Positions 1 through 10,468 of a DNA stretch of 64,000 bases are shown in pieces. The notes under the pieces were generated by a model. That model was not told where the DNA came from. It saw only the letters and a list, made by a program, of their open reading frames with translations, and did no database searches. Each line of letters opens with the position of its first letter. Within the stretch, counting starts at the first letter, position 1. The translations under genes were made by a program, and so were the position numbers. Origin of the DNA: an uncultured Methanosarcinales archaeon (GTDB lineage Archaea > Nanobdellota > Nanobdellia > Woesearchaeales > CAZYIM01). The DNA lies in the NCBI GenBank assembly GCA_964647565.1, contig CAZYIM010000011.1:1-64000 (forward strand), read 5' to 3'.

Positions 1-93
1 ATCAAGGTTGAAAAATAGTAGATTGCGGGTGTTTAAGAAAGCAAAAATATTTAATATCTGTTTGTTAACGTTTATATCAATGGGGGCAATAGA

Positions 94-1038
94 ATAAAAC
101 CAGAAATATCAGTCATAATGTCTGTCTTCAATCATGAAGAGTTCCTAGACGAAAGTATCCAGTCTATCCTTAATCAAACATTCAAAGATTTTGAATTTAT
201 AATAATTAATGATGCATCCACTGACAGCACCTTAGAGATCATAAAGAAGTATCAAATAAAAGACAAAAGAATCCAACTAATCATCAATAAGAAAAATATC
301 GGCCTGACCAAATCCTTAAATAAAGGTTTAAAAATATCAAAAGGAAAGTATATTGCAAGGCAGGATGCAGATGATGTTTCATTACCGAAGAGACTAGAAA
401 AACAATATGAATTCTTAGAAAAAAATAAGCAAATCATTCTTTGTGGAACTGATTATATCAATATAGATGATAAAGGCCAGAAGTTACCAAAAAGAAGAGT
501 AATATATGATTGGAAAAAAATCAAGAAAATATTACCAAAAGACAATCCGTTTGTTCATTCATCTATAATGTTTAGGAACAAAGGATTATTTTATAGGGAA
601 AAGTTTGAGCTTGCCCAGGATTATGACTTATACTTAAACCTTTTAACAAAAGGAATGAAGATGATCAATCTAAAAAGGGTCTTAATCAAGCACAGGTACA
701 ATCTAGAAACCATGAGTGTTTATGGTGCTGGCAAACGTTTACAACTAATCAAAATAATCAGGTATTTTTATAAGCAAAGAATTGACCATGGCGTTGATTC
801 TTATGAAAAATTCAATCCTGAAAAAATCATTAAAAAATCCGACAAGAACCATTTCAAATTAGAGGGAAAAATGGTTCTCTATCTCAAATTCAGAGATTAT
901 AAAAAGGCAAGAGTGTGTCTGAAGAAGTATTCAAAATTGAAAAATGTTTCTTGGTCAAAAAAATGTATATACACTCTATGTGTCTATTTCCCAGTAATCT
1001 ATAAAGTTTACTCATCAGTAATATATAAATATAAATAA
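94..1038 (+). CDS. Family 2 glycosyltransferase
   Basis: IIINDASTD, NIGLTKSLN and ARQDADD (DXD) motifs. The ORF track starts at ATG 118, but the typical N-terminal strand KPEISVI is encoded in frame upstream from ATA 94, so the start is uncertain. Confidence 0.9.
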   Translation: MKPEISVIMSVFNHEEFLDESIQSILNQTFKDFEFIIINDASTDSTLEIIKKYQIKDKRIQLIINKKNIGLTKSLNKGLKISKGKYIARQDADDVSLPKRLEKQYEFLEKNKQIILCGTDYINIDDKGQKLPKRRVIYDWKKIKKILPKDNPFVHSSIMFRNKGLFYREKFELAQDYDLYLNLLTKGMKMINLKRVLIKHRYNLETMSVYGAGKRLQLIKIIRYFYKQRIDHGVDSYEKFNPEKIIKKSDKNHFKLEGKMVLYLKFRDYKKARVCLKKYSKLKNVSWSKKCIYTLCVYFPVIYKVYSSVIYKYK

Positions 1039-1099
1039 ACTATTTAAAGGGTAGAAAACCTTTAAAATTTAATTTAACAAAGAAGGTGTTTTGGGGGTT

Positions 1100-2296
1100 A
1101 TGAAAATCAAATCTAATCATAAAAGATGGTTGATTATAATTATAATCTTTGCAATCCTGATCAGACTCTTAGCTTCATTTGTAATTATGCCAAAACTTTA
1201 TGATATGGACGTGTTTGCAGTTAATTCTGATGGCCAACCAATCACAGATGGCTACCACTTAATTGCTAAAAACGTTCTTGAAGGACACGGTTACGGCAAA
1301 TACACAGACCAAGGAGGCAGCGTAAGTCTATCTCATCCACTTTTGTATCCAGGATTCATCATGATCACCTATTTCATCTTTGGTTATCATAATGCTCCCA
1401 TTTTCATCCTGCAAGCGCTTATGGAGGGACTGTCCTGCTATATCATTTTCTTGATTGGCAAGAGACTTTTCAACGAGAAGACAGGTCTTATCTCGGCTGC
1501 AATCTACGCCGTTTACCCTCTGGCCATCAGATACAGCAGTCATCTCAATACAGAACCGCTGTTTATTCTGCTGCTTCTGCTATCTGTGCTTTGTTCTATT
1601 GACCTAATAAAGAAACCAACTCTTTCAAATGCTTTGGCAACAGGTGTATTGTTTGGATTGGCAATGCTTTGCAGGGCTACCCTACAGTTCTTTCCGATTG
1701 TTTTTGCATTAATTTTCATTTTTACTGCAAAAAAACATAAAATTAAAGCGCTATATCTGTCAGCATTCTTAATTATCATAACTTTAATAGTGATTTCTCC
1801 ATGGACAATAAGGAACTATCATGTATCAGATAGGTTTATCCTGATCAGATCCACAGGTTATGAAACTTCAAGCACTTACAATAAAGAAATAATAAATAAC
1901 AATGCATTACTATCCAAAAGCGATGCTAATTTCATAACAGGAATATTCAATCGTTTCACCAGCATTAAAGGCCTCAAGTCCATAATAAGCAAAGGCACTA
2001 AATTCTGGTATTGGGGGCAGTCAAGATTAACCAGCATGATAAGCCTAATTATCAATGTACCCTTATTATTGATAGGAATTGTAGGTCTTATAATAGCATT
2101 AAAAAACAGAAGAAATGTTTTTCTACTTGTCTTGGTGATTGTGTATTTTAATATTTTACACGCTCTCTGGGGCGGGCGAGCCAGATATTCAGTACCTATC
2201 ATGCCTTATGTTATAATGTTTGCGGCTTATGGACTATTCAACATCATTAAAAAATTTCAAGGAAATTACAGAAAAACTAGTTGGAGCAGCCCATGA
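1100..2296 (+). CDS. ArnT/PMT-like (GT-C fold) membrane glycosyltransferase
   Basis: Many hydrophobic segments; DGY..IA, PLLYP, TEPLF, SPWTIRNY and RYSVP motifs; lies in the glycosylation cluster. Confidence 0.75.
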   Translation: MKIKSNHKRWLIIIIIFAILIRLLASFVIMPKLYDMDVFAVNSDGQPITDGYHLIAKNVLEGHGYGKYTDQGGSVSLSHPLLYPGFIMITYFIFGYHNAPIFILQALMEGLSCYIIFLIGKRLFNEKTGLISAAIYAVYPLAIRYSSHLNTEPLFILLLLLSVLCSIDLIKKPTLSNALATGVLFGLAMLCRATLQFFPIVFALIFIFTAKKHKIKALYLSAFLIIITLIVISPWTIRNYHVSDRFILIRSTGYETSSTYNKEIINNNALLSKSDANFITGIFNRFTSIKGLKSIISKGTKFWYWGQSRLTSMISLIINVPLLLIGIVGLIIALKNRRNVFLLVLVIVYFNILHALWGGRARYSVPIMPYVIMFAAYGLFNIIKKFQGNYRKTSWSSP

Positions 2297-3396
2297 AGAT
2301 AACCATCTTAATAGACCTTCTGCCATCTGATCACACAGGAGGCGCTGAACTCCAAACAGTAAGAATTGCAGAAGAACTAAGCAAGAAACATGAAGTAAAA
2401 ATCATCAGCCGCTCAGTTTCAAAGAGAAAAGATGAAAACTATCCTTTCAAGATCCAAAGAGTAAGAGTGATCAGATTCCCTTTCCTCAGAGGCATAAGCG
2501 GCATCTTTTCAACGCTTAAAGCAATAAAACAAACAAAACAAGATGTTCTCCTGTGTATGAAAACAGCTCCCAATGGCCTGATAGGCGTCATAGCAAAAAA
2601 GCTCTACAGGATACCGGCTGCTGTGTGGATTCGGGGGGAAGGTGAATTCAACCTACGAAAGTTTCTGGGTAATGAAAAGAGCCTTTTCAGTCCAAGCATC
2701 CTATACCAGATACTGAACAGGTTTGTGTTTAAGAATGCAAATGTTATCATTGCACAGACCAACCAGTTAAGAAACAAACTGCTTCAAGTTATTGGCAAGA
2801 AATATGCTAATAAAATCTATGTTATCCCTAACGGAATAGATATTCCTGGCAAAGTTGCAAATGGAAATAAAATAGTATTTGCAGGAAGATTGGTCACACT
2901 CAAAGGGGTTGACTATCTGATAAACGCTGTTAAAAATACAAAAGAGGAACTAACTATAATTGGATCCGGCCCTGAAGAAACTATATTGAAAAAATTAGCG
3001 GCTAAATCAAAAAATATTGAGTTTTTTGGTAAACTTTCGCACGACACACTCTTACAGAGTATGCTCAAAGGAAAGATCTTTGTTCTTCCGTCCACCAATG
3101 CAGAAGGGCTTCCCAACGTGGTATTAGAAGCAATGTCTATTGGACTCCCAATAATAGCCACTAAAGTGGGGGGTGTGCCTGATATCATAGAAGACAGTAA
3201 AACAGGGCTATTAATCGATCCAAAAAGCTTAAGCGCCTTGAGAGAAAGCATCCTTCACTTGAGCAAAGACCACAACCTCAGAAAAGAAATGAGCAAAAAC
3301 TGCCTAGAAGAAATTAAGAAATATTCCTGGAACAACATCACTCCAAAGATAGAAGAGACTTTAAATAAAACCATTGAAAAGTACAACAACAAATGA
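2293..3396 (+). CDS. Family 4 glycosyltransferase
   Basis: GGAE, IPNGID, GRL...KG and EGLPNVVLEAM (EX7E) motifs. Confidence 0.92.
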   Translation: MKITILIDLLPSDHTGGAELQTVRIAEELSKKHEVKIISRSVSKRKDENYPFKIQRVRVIRFPFLRGISGIFSTLKAIKQTKQDVLLCMKTAPNGLIGVIAKKLYRIPAAVWIRGEGEFNLRKFLGNEKSLFSPSILYQILNRFVFKNANVIIAQTNQLRNKLLQVIGKKYANKIYVIPNGIDIPGKVANGNKIVFAGRLVTLKGVDYLINAVKNTKEELTIIGSGPEETILKKLAAKSKNIEFFGKLSHDTLLQSMLKGKIFVLPSTNAEGLPNVVLEAMSIGLPIIATKVGGVPDIIEDSKTGLLIDPKSLSALRESILHLSKDHNLRKEMSKNCLEEIKKYSWNNITPKIEETLNKTIEKYNNK

Positions 3397-4013
3397 TAAA
3401 AGAAATAATGCAAAAGGAAAAGAAGAGTTACTCGCATGTTAAATACATGATCGACAATCTGTTAGATCAAACAGATATTCAAGACAAAGATATTCTAGAC
3501 ATCGGATGCGGCAATGGAATCAAAACAGCAACAACAGTACACTTTGGAAAACCAAAAACCTGCATCGGTATAGACATAAGTCATGAAAGGATAAAGAAAG
3601 CTCAAGATTTCCTTACAAAAACAAACAAACAAAAGATAAAATTCTATGAAAAAAACATCGAAGACCTAAAAGGAAAGAACCAGTTTGATGTAATAATCAT
3701 GATTAACTCACTGCATCATTTTTCAAATCTTTCACAGTCTCTTAACAAGATTTTACAGCTCTTACGACCAAATGGAAAACTTATCATCCAGGAACAGAAT
3801 AAATATGCTGCTTTCCTAAACAAGAACACAGTCTCAAAGGATAAATACCTGCCAAAAACATTAATTCCTTTGATAAGAAAAGCTGGTTTTAAAATAATGA
3901 AACATAAATATTATATTCCATATAAACTAAGGGAACTAAAACCTCTTCTTTCCAATGGTTTTATGAACATAATAATTGGCAAAACCTACTTTATATATGG
4001 AAAAAAGGAGTAA
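3393..4013 (+). CDS. Class I SAM-dependent methyltransferase
   Basis: ILDIGCGNG motif I, GIDIS, FDVII...LHH and LRPNG motifs. Confidence 0.88.
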   Translation: MIKEIMQKEKKSYSHVKYMIDNLLDQTDIQDKDILDIGCGNGIKTATTVHFGKPKTCIGIDISHERIKKAQDFLTKTNKQKIKFYEKNIEDLKGKNQFDVIIMINSLHHFSNLSQSLNKILQLLRPNGKLIIQEQNKYAAFLNKNTVSKDKYLPKTLIPLIRKAGFKIMKHKYYIPYKLRELKPLLSNGFMNIIIGKTYFIYGKKE

Positions 4014-4061
4014 TCTTTATAAATAAATCAAATGTTACAGATGGTTGGGGTGTTTTAATTC

Positions 4062-5003
4062 ATGAATCTAAAAAACAAGAATGTTCTAGTAACAGGCGCT
4101 GCAGGCTTCATTCCGTCGCATATAGTCGACATGGCAGTTGAAGAAGGTGCACATGTAACAGCCATCGACAACCTAAAAGACGGTTTCTTGAAAAACCTGG
4201 ACCAATCAAAAGAAGAAATATCATTCAAAAGGATTGATGTCAGGGATTTTGATAAAGTCAAGGAAATAATGCAAGACCAGGATGTTGTCTTCCATCTGGC
4301 TGGCAATGCCAATGTTCCTTATTCGGTAAAGAATCCTCATTATGACTTTCAGGCAAATACCTTAGGCAGCTTCAATGTCTTCAAGGCATGCATAGATTCA
4401 GATGTCAAGAAGGTCTTATATGCATCTACTGCTGCAGTCTATGGAAATCCAATCAATCCGCCAATTGACGAGAGCCATCCATTACATCCGATCTCACCGT
4501 ATGGTGCTACAAAACTCTCAGCCGAGAGACTTGGTTTTGCATATCATGAAAGCTTTGGCCTGCCGTTTACAGCCTTCAGGATATTCAACACTTATGGCCC
4601 TAGAGTAAGACGATATGTCATGTTTGATCTGTTGACCAAGTTAAATAAGAACCCAAAAAAACTAGAAGTTCTGGGAACAGGAGAACAGATAAGGGACTAT
4701 TCATACATCAGCGATACAGTCAAAGCGTTTATGCTCGCAGCCAAGAGCAAACTGTCAATAGGAGAGGTTTTCAACATATCAGGAGGCAAGGCCACATCCA
4801 TCAAAGAGCTGGTCAGCCTCATAATAGAACTTCAAAATCTAAAAACAGAGATCTATTACACAGGCCAGAGCTGGAAAGGAGATATCAAAGTTCTGTTAGC
4901 TGACAATACCAAGATCATCAACAAGCTAGGATTCAAAAAAGAGGTGGAATTAAAAGAGGGTCTGAGAAGGATGATAGAGTGGTTCAAGAATGAGTACAGA
5001 TAA
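4062..5003 (+). CDS. NAD-dependent nucleotide-sugar epimerase/dehydratase
   Basis: VTGAAGFI, YGATK (YxxxK), FNTYGP and RDYSY motifs. Confidence 0.9.
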   Translation: MNLKNKNVLVTGAAGFIPSHIVDMAVEEGAHVTAIDNLKDGFLKNLDQSKEEISFKRIDVRDFDKVKEIMQDQDVVFHLAGNANVPYSVKNPHYDFQANTLGSFNVFKACIDSDVKKVLYASTAAVYGNPINPPIDESHPLHPISPYGATKLSAERLGFAYHESFGLPFTAFRIFNTYGPRVRRYVMFDLLTKLNKNPKKLEVLGTGEQIRDYSYISDTVKAFMLAAKSKLSIGEVFNISGGKATSIKELVSLIIELQNLKTEIYYTGQSWKGDIKVLLADNTKIINKLGFKKEVELKEGLRRMIEWFKNEYR

Positions 5004-6108
5004 AATAAGGATCTGCTGTCCTCACACAGGATTTTCACCTCATGATTTCAGAGGCGGTGCTATATACGAGTACAATGTTTTAAAAAGGCTCTGCAATTAT
5101 AACGACATGTTCTTCAGGATGTTCTTACCAAAAGATCAATTCTACGAACCCTTCCCAAATATGAAGGTTACAAAAATAAGAGGAAGATATAATCCCTGGA
5201 TCTACACAGCTCGACTCCCATTCCATATACAGAAGTTATACAAGCAAGAGAAGTTCGACATCATCAGACCTTCATACTCAGGAATACCCGGCCCTAGCGT
5301 CCTGATGTGGAAAGAGATATTCAGGAAAAAAATACCTTCTATTGTCACCCAGCATCATCTCAGAGACAACTATCTCAGAAAAGTCCAACTGGCAGTCTTA
5401 AGAAAAATGGACAGGATAATAACAGTTGCACCCATTGCAAACGAATTAACCAAGGAAGGAATAAAAAAGGAGAAGATCATATTCATCCCGAATGGAGTTG
5501 ACATTGAAACCTATAAACCAGAAAAAAAAGCTGACTACCTACAACAAAGATATAACATCTCTACTGACGAATTCATCATCGGAACCATATGCGGGCTTGA
5601 GAAAAGAAAACGAGTTGACTTATTAATCAAGGCAATGGCTAGATTGAGAAATGAAAATGTAAAACTAGTCATTGGAGGAAAAGGCGAGACCATGAATGAT
5701 CTTAGGCAATTAGCAAGAAGGCTTAATGTCTCCAAACAGGTAGTCTTTGCAGGCTACATAAAGAGTGAAGAGGTAAAAGACTTTTACAACTTGTTCGATG
5801 TCTTCACTCTTCCAAGCGATCTGGAAGCCATGCCCTTATCTATTCTTGAAGCAATGGCCTGCAAAAAACCAGCCATCAGCACCAACATAGGCGCCATACC
5901 TTTAGAGATCAAGCATGAACATAATGGATTCATAATGGAAAAAGGCAACCTAGATCAACTAACAAATTACCTTAAGATAATGATCAAGGACCCAAACCAA
6001 ACCAAGGAGATGGGTAAAAACAGTCTCAAGATGGTCCATGAGATGTTCACATGGGATATCTGTGTAGAAAAAACCCATGAAGTTTTCAAAGAGCTTGTTG
6101 AAAAATGA
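4990..6108 (+). CDS. Family 4 glycosyltransferase
   Basis: IPNGVD and EAMPLSILEAMA (EX7E) motifs. Confidence 0.9.
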   Translation: MSTDKIRICCPHTGFSPHDFRGGAIYEYNVLKRLCNYNDMFFRMFLPKDQFYEPFPNMKVTKIRGRYNPWIYTARLPFHIQKLYKQEKFDIIRPSYSGIPGPSVLMWKEIFRKKIPSIVTQHHLRDNYLRKVQLAVLRKMDRIITVAPIANELTKEGIKKEKIIFIPNGVDIETYKPEKKADYLQQRYNISTDEFIIGTICGLEKRKRVDLLIKAMARLRNENVKLVIGGKGETMNDLRQLARRLNVSKQVVFAGYIKSEEVKDFYNLFDVFTLPSDLEAMPLSILEAMACKKPAISTNIGAIPLEIKHEHNGFIMEKGNLDQLTNYLKIMIKDPNQTKEMGKNSLKMVHEMFTWDICVEKTHEVFKELVEK

Positions 6109-7556
6109 GAATCCAGCTTATATTCACACCCGCAATAAAAAAACCGATAGGAGGCCAACTCAGCGAGGGCATCTGGCCGCCTATGGGCGTGCTCTATCTT
6201 GCAGCATATATCAGGCAAAAGCTTCCAAAAACAGAGCTTAGGATCACAGATGGGCTTCTAAGAGGATTCAAGGGAACCATAAAAGAAATTCTTGATTTCA
6301 ATCCAGATATACTATGCGTCTCATACAGCACCCTGGTTGCAACAGATGCTTATATTTTTATAAATAAAATAAAAGAGTTGAGACCAAACATATTCATCTT
6401 GACAGGAGGCCCCCACGCCACTGCATTTCCAAAGGAATCATTAGAAGCGTCAAAAGCAGATATCAATGTCATTGGTGAAGGAGAAGAGACTGTTATAGAT
6501 ATCATTAAAAAAAAGAAGGATTGGAAGAGTATAGAGGGCATCGCATATAGGAATAAAAAGAACCAGGTTAAAATCACACCAATACGAAGATACATTCTGA
6601 ATCTTGATGAGCTGCCTATCCCTGCCTGGGATCTTATAAACAGAAAAGAATACAGGGGATGGTTCCTGTTCAAACAAACGCCAGAAGCTGCAATTTTCAT
6701 GTCCAGAGGATGTCCATTCAACTGCACCTACTGCTCAAACAAGGTCTGGAAATGCTCATCTCCGAAACTAAGATTAAGGAGCCCAAAGAGCGTTGCAGAT
6801 GAACTGGAATATCTTAACAAGCAGTTTGCCTACAAGGAATTCTTCGATAACTCAGATGAATTCAACAACCATCTGCAGAATGCAATCAATATCTGCAAAG
6901 AGATCAGGAAAAGAAAGCTTAAAGTCACATGGAAGACCCAGATGAGAGCAGCACCTATCACTGACGAATTAGTCTGGAACATGAAAAAAGCAGGATGCTG
7001 GTATGTGCATTTATGAATCGAATCTGTAAATCCCAGAACAGTAAAGGGAATAAGAAAAAATATCACCAAAGAACAGGTAATCAATGCATGCAAACTACTC
7101 AAAAAGCATAAGATCAAGGTTTTAGGCCTTTTCATGTTCAACAATGCTTGGGAAGAGGAGGGCAAACTGGTTTTCGAGGATGTGAGGGAATCAAAGAAGA
7201 CCTTAAAGTTCGCCCAAAGCCTGGTTAGAAAAGGCCTGCTTGACTTTATTGCCTGTTCCATTACAACACCATATCCTGGAAGTGATCTTTATGATATTGC
7301 AGTGAAATACAAACTAATCAAGCCAAAATATTATAAAAAATGGGACAAGTGGCTTCGCGAAGATTATTTCATCATGAAACTGCCTGGTGTCAAGGAAAAA
7401 GATCAGGCAAGACTAAGAACCCTTGCATACATCACCCAATTCTGGTGCATGCTGAAATCAGGTAACATCGGACTAAAAGATATTGGATACTACTTCCATA
7501 AGGCTCTCGCATTCCTAAAGAACGAAATAACAACACACGCTAAAAAAATCAGATAA
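6105..7556 (+). pseudogene. B12-binding radical SAM protein interrupted by an in-frame TGA at 7014-7016
   Basis: PPMG, GGPHAT, GEGE and SRGCPFNCTYC motifs. After the TGA the same frame continues IESVNPRTV... into the 7134-7556 ORF (TPYPGS motif). Confidence 0.85.
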
Positions 7557-8436
7557 CCTTTTTTTTCTTCAAATCATCCAGATACTCTTCCAACGCAGCC
7601 TCCCAATGCTGCATATTGTTCAGGCCTATCATATCCATTTTGAAATTTCTCATCATCTCAGATGCTGCTCGCGGAGCAGGCAATGGAAACTTATCTGAAG
7701 TGATCGGATTGATCTTGACATCATAATTAAGATGATTTACAATCTTCTTGGCAACATCAAACCTGGAGCATCTACCCTTACAGGTCATATGATACAAGCC
7801 ATATCTCTTGGATTCCACAAGAGGCATAATATTTCTTGAAAAATCACCCGTGTAGGTCGGGCTACCTATCTTATCAGTTACAACAGGAATCTCTTTCTTG
7901 CCAGATTTGATCAGTTTCAGGATCTGCATAACGAACTTCTTGTCCTTTACACCGCCTCCGACCATCCAGCCGGCACGAAGGATAAAGAACTTGTTCAAAA
8001 GCTCCCTGACAATTTTCTCACCCTCAAGCTTGGTCTTTCCATAAACATTAACTGGCCTCGGATCATCAAACTCAGTGTAAGGTTCTTCCTTGTCCCCACT
8101 AAACACGCCCGCAGTACTGATATAGATCATCAGCTTATCATACTCTTGGCAGGCCAGGGCAACATTCTGGGTACCGATAACATTAACATGATGCACATGA
8201 TCAACTTCAATTTCCGATTTGTCCACATCGGTCTCAGCAGCAAGATGGAAGACTGCATCAGGATCATATTTCGTTATAAAAGCATAGATTGCTTCCTTAT
8301 CCTTGACATCTAAAAGCTCTATACCTTTATCAGAAGTATTTATATCTGTTGTAATAACCTCATGACCCTGCTCTCTTAAGATAGGGTACATTGTAGAACC
8401 AAGCATCCCTGCGGCTCCTGTCATAAGTATCTTCAT
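7549..8436 (-). CDS. rmlD: dTDP-4-dehydrorhamnose reductase (RmlD-like, second copy)
   Basis: TGAAGMLG, HLAAETDVD, YGKTK, D.IGSPTY and PAPR motifs; GAGGTG upstream of ATG 8436. Confidence 0.85.
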   Translation of the reverse strand: MKILMTGAAGMLGSTMYPILREQGHEVITTDINTSDKGIELLDVKDKEAIYAFITKYDPDAVFHLAAETDVDKSEIEVDHVHHVNVIGTQNVALACQEYDKLMIYISTAGVFSGDKEEPYTEFDDPRPVNVYGKTKLEGEKIVRELLNKFFILRAGWMVGGGVKDKKFVMQILKLIKSGKKEIPVVTDKIGSPTYTGDFSRNIMPLVESKRYGLYHMTCKGRCSRFDVAKKIVNHLNYDVKINPITSDKFPLPAPRAASEMMRNFKMDMIGLNNMQHWEAALEEYLDDLKKKKVI

Positions 8437-8589
8437 TCTAACACACCTCACACCTCTCTGCACTAATTAATTATATATAAATCTTTGGATTTTGAGTCTA
8501 ACCAAAAGATCAAAATTCATGCAGGTAGATACCGCAATTTTGGATTTTGTTTGCAAAAATATTTAAACTTCTGTCCTGTCCAAACACAA

Positions 8590-9381
8590 ATGAAACTCAC
8601 AATAGCTATCACCAGTTGGAATAAGAAAGAACTTCTAAGAAACTGCTTAAAATCAATCTTTGAACAAAAGGATGTTGAAAAAGAAGTCATCGTTGTTGAA
8701 AATGCGTCTTCTGATGGTACAGCAGAGATGATCAAAAAAGATTTTCCGAAAGTAAAGCTGATTCAGAACAAAACCAATCGAGGTGTTTCGGGCGGAAAAA
8801 ACCAAGGTTTGAAAGCAGCAAAAGGAGAATATATATTGATTCTTGATCAGGACACTCTGATCAAAAACAACTCATTGAAAAAAATGGTGGACTTCATGGA
8901 TAAAAACCAGGAAGTTGGCGTCTGCGGCGCCAAATTAATCTATGCTGACAAAAGAATCCAATATTCCTGCGGCAACTTCTTCACATTAAAGACCAAGTTC
9001 TTCAGGAGATTCAACTTTGGAAAAAAACTGATAGAAAAAGAGATGTACATGAATTGGGATCATAACAACGCAAGGAGAGTAGGCTATGTCATCGGTGCTT
9101 GCCAGATGATCAGAAGAAAAGCAATGCAAGAAATCGGATTCATGGATGAAAAAACCTTCCCGTATTGTGTGGATGATGTTGACTACTGCATGCGAATGTG
9201 GAAAAAAGACTGGGAAGTTGCATATTATCCAGAAACTGTAATAATACACTTTGAGCAAAGGCTTTCAAGAAAATCCTTATTGAATAAATTTACCATCTGG
9301 CATCTAAAAGCATTGTTCAAGTTTTTCTTCAAACATAACTATTTTTTAAGAGCACCGAAAATAAGAAATATTAGAAATTAA
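8590..9381 (+). CDS. Family 2 glycosyltransferase (rhamnosyltransferase-like)
   Basis: VVENASSDGT, LILDQD, GACQMIR and DVDYC motifs. Confidence 0.88.
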   Translation: MKLTIAITSWNKKELLRNCLKSIFEQKDVEKEVIVVENASSDGTAEMIKKDFPKVKLIQNKTNRGVSGGKNQGLKAAKGEYILILDQDTLIKNNSLKKMVDFMDKNQEVGVCGAKLIYADKRIQYSCGNFFTLKTKFFRRFNFGKKLIEKEMYMNWDHNNARRVGYVIGACQMIRRKAMQEIGFMDEKTFPYCVDDVDYCMRMWKKDWEVAYYPETVIIHFEQRLSRKSLLNKFTIWHLKALFKFFFKHNYFLRAPKIRNIRN

Positions 9382-10366
9382 AGGCCATCAAAGCAATAAC
9401 CACAAAAACAGCCTCTAATAACCAAATCCCAACAACAACCTCCAACTCCTTGACTTTCTTCTTAAACTTGCCAATAAATCGAACCATCAGATGCTCCAAG
9501 CCATAAATGCCTTTCACACTTAAACCGCCATCAGCATTTATTTCAGCAAAGCTCTCCTTCTTGAACTTTCCTCTTAATTTCAATAACAATTCAACAAAGT
9601 AAGGAATGAACAGGATAGCCGCTATCTTCTCCATGTTGCCTACAATAGCTACAATAGCGATCATCGCACCGACAGGATATGTCAGAACATCACCAGGGAA
9701 AACCTTTGCAGGATACATATTATACACTAAAAATGCAATCAGGGCAAATACAGTACAAAAAGCGAATACAGCAGCAGGGATATTGCTCGCGGTCCAGGCA
9801 ACATAGCCCATAGTTCCTAATATCAAGACACCCATGCCTGCTTCTAAACCATTATAGCCTGCCAGCATGTTGAAAGCATTTGAAGCGCCAATAAAAATAA
9901 GAGGAACAATAACAAGAGGATAAAGTAATCCAAAGTTCACAGCTCCAAGAAAAGGCAATGCCATTGTAGATTCACCAACACTAAGAACCATGAATGGAAG
10001 AGCGCCTAGCAATGTAAAAAAAGGCTTATATCTTTGCCTAAAACCAATTTTCCAACCAAGGATATCATCAACAAGACCAATACAGAATATTATCAAAATA
10101 CTAGTCAACACAGCCATGGTATACATATTTGACTGAAAAGTCTTGAACCAGAAGGTCTTAATAGCAACATATGTCATAATGCCGATAAAAAAACCCAGGA
10201 TGACAGACACTCCTCCGCTCTCTGCAATTTTGGGATTTCCTTTCTTATGCATGTCGCCTCCGACAAGCTTGGCCATATGAGCATGTCTAATCCAGACAGG
10301 CACAGAAAACAGAGTAACAAAGAAACTCACCATAAAGCTGGCCAATAAAAGAATAGTTGTCTTCAC
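9371..10366 (-). CDS. UDP-GlcNAc:dolichyl-phosphate GlcNAc-1-phosphate transferase (AglH/GPT-type, MraY superfamily)
   Basis: DMHK, ESGG, GLVDD, NAFNMLAGYNGLEAG and PAKVFPGD motifs; polytopic; GTG start after GGGGGTGA. Confidence 0.88.
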   Translation of the reverse strand: MKTTILLLASFMVSFFVTLFSVPVWIRHAHMAKLVGGDMHKKGNPKIAESGGVSVILGFFIGIMTYVAIKTFWFKTFQSNMYTMAVLTSILIIFCIGLVDDILGWKIGFRQRYKPFFTLLGALPFMVLSVGESTMALPFLGAVNFGLLYPLVIVPLIFIGASNAFNMLAGYNGLEAGMGVLILGTMGYVAWTASNIPAAVFAFCTVFALIAFLVYNMYPAKVFPGDVLTYPVGAMIAIVAIVGNMEKIAAILFIPYFVELLLKLRGKFKKESFAEINADGGLSVKGIYGLEHLMVRFIGKFKKKVKELEVVVGIWLLEAVFVVIALMAFNF

Positions 10367-10468
10367 TCTTCACCCCCTTCAGCCTGAAAACAAGGTTTCT
10401 TTTTTAAAGTTTTCCATCTCTTCCCTCAAAAAGAAAGCTTTAAATAGTCATAATCTCCACTTCAGAGT

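Noticed and set aside
7014..7016. Genome-wide TGA=Gly recoding (code 25) or selenocysteine
   Set aside because: TGA ends many genes at their expected C-termini (e.g. 13278-13280 and the ATGA overlaps at 3393, 6105, 11497, 12186). The position aligns with Gly rather than Cys, and no SECIS was recognised.
8484..8549. TTTGGATTTTG direct repeat in a divergent promoter
   Set aside because: Short, AT-rich and only two copies; could be chance.
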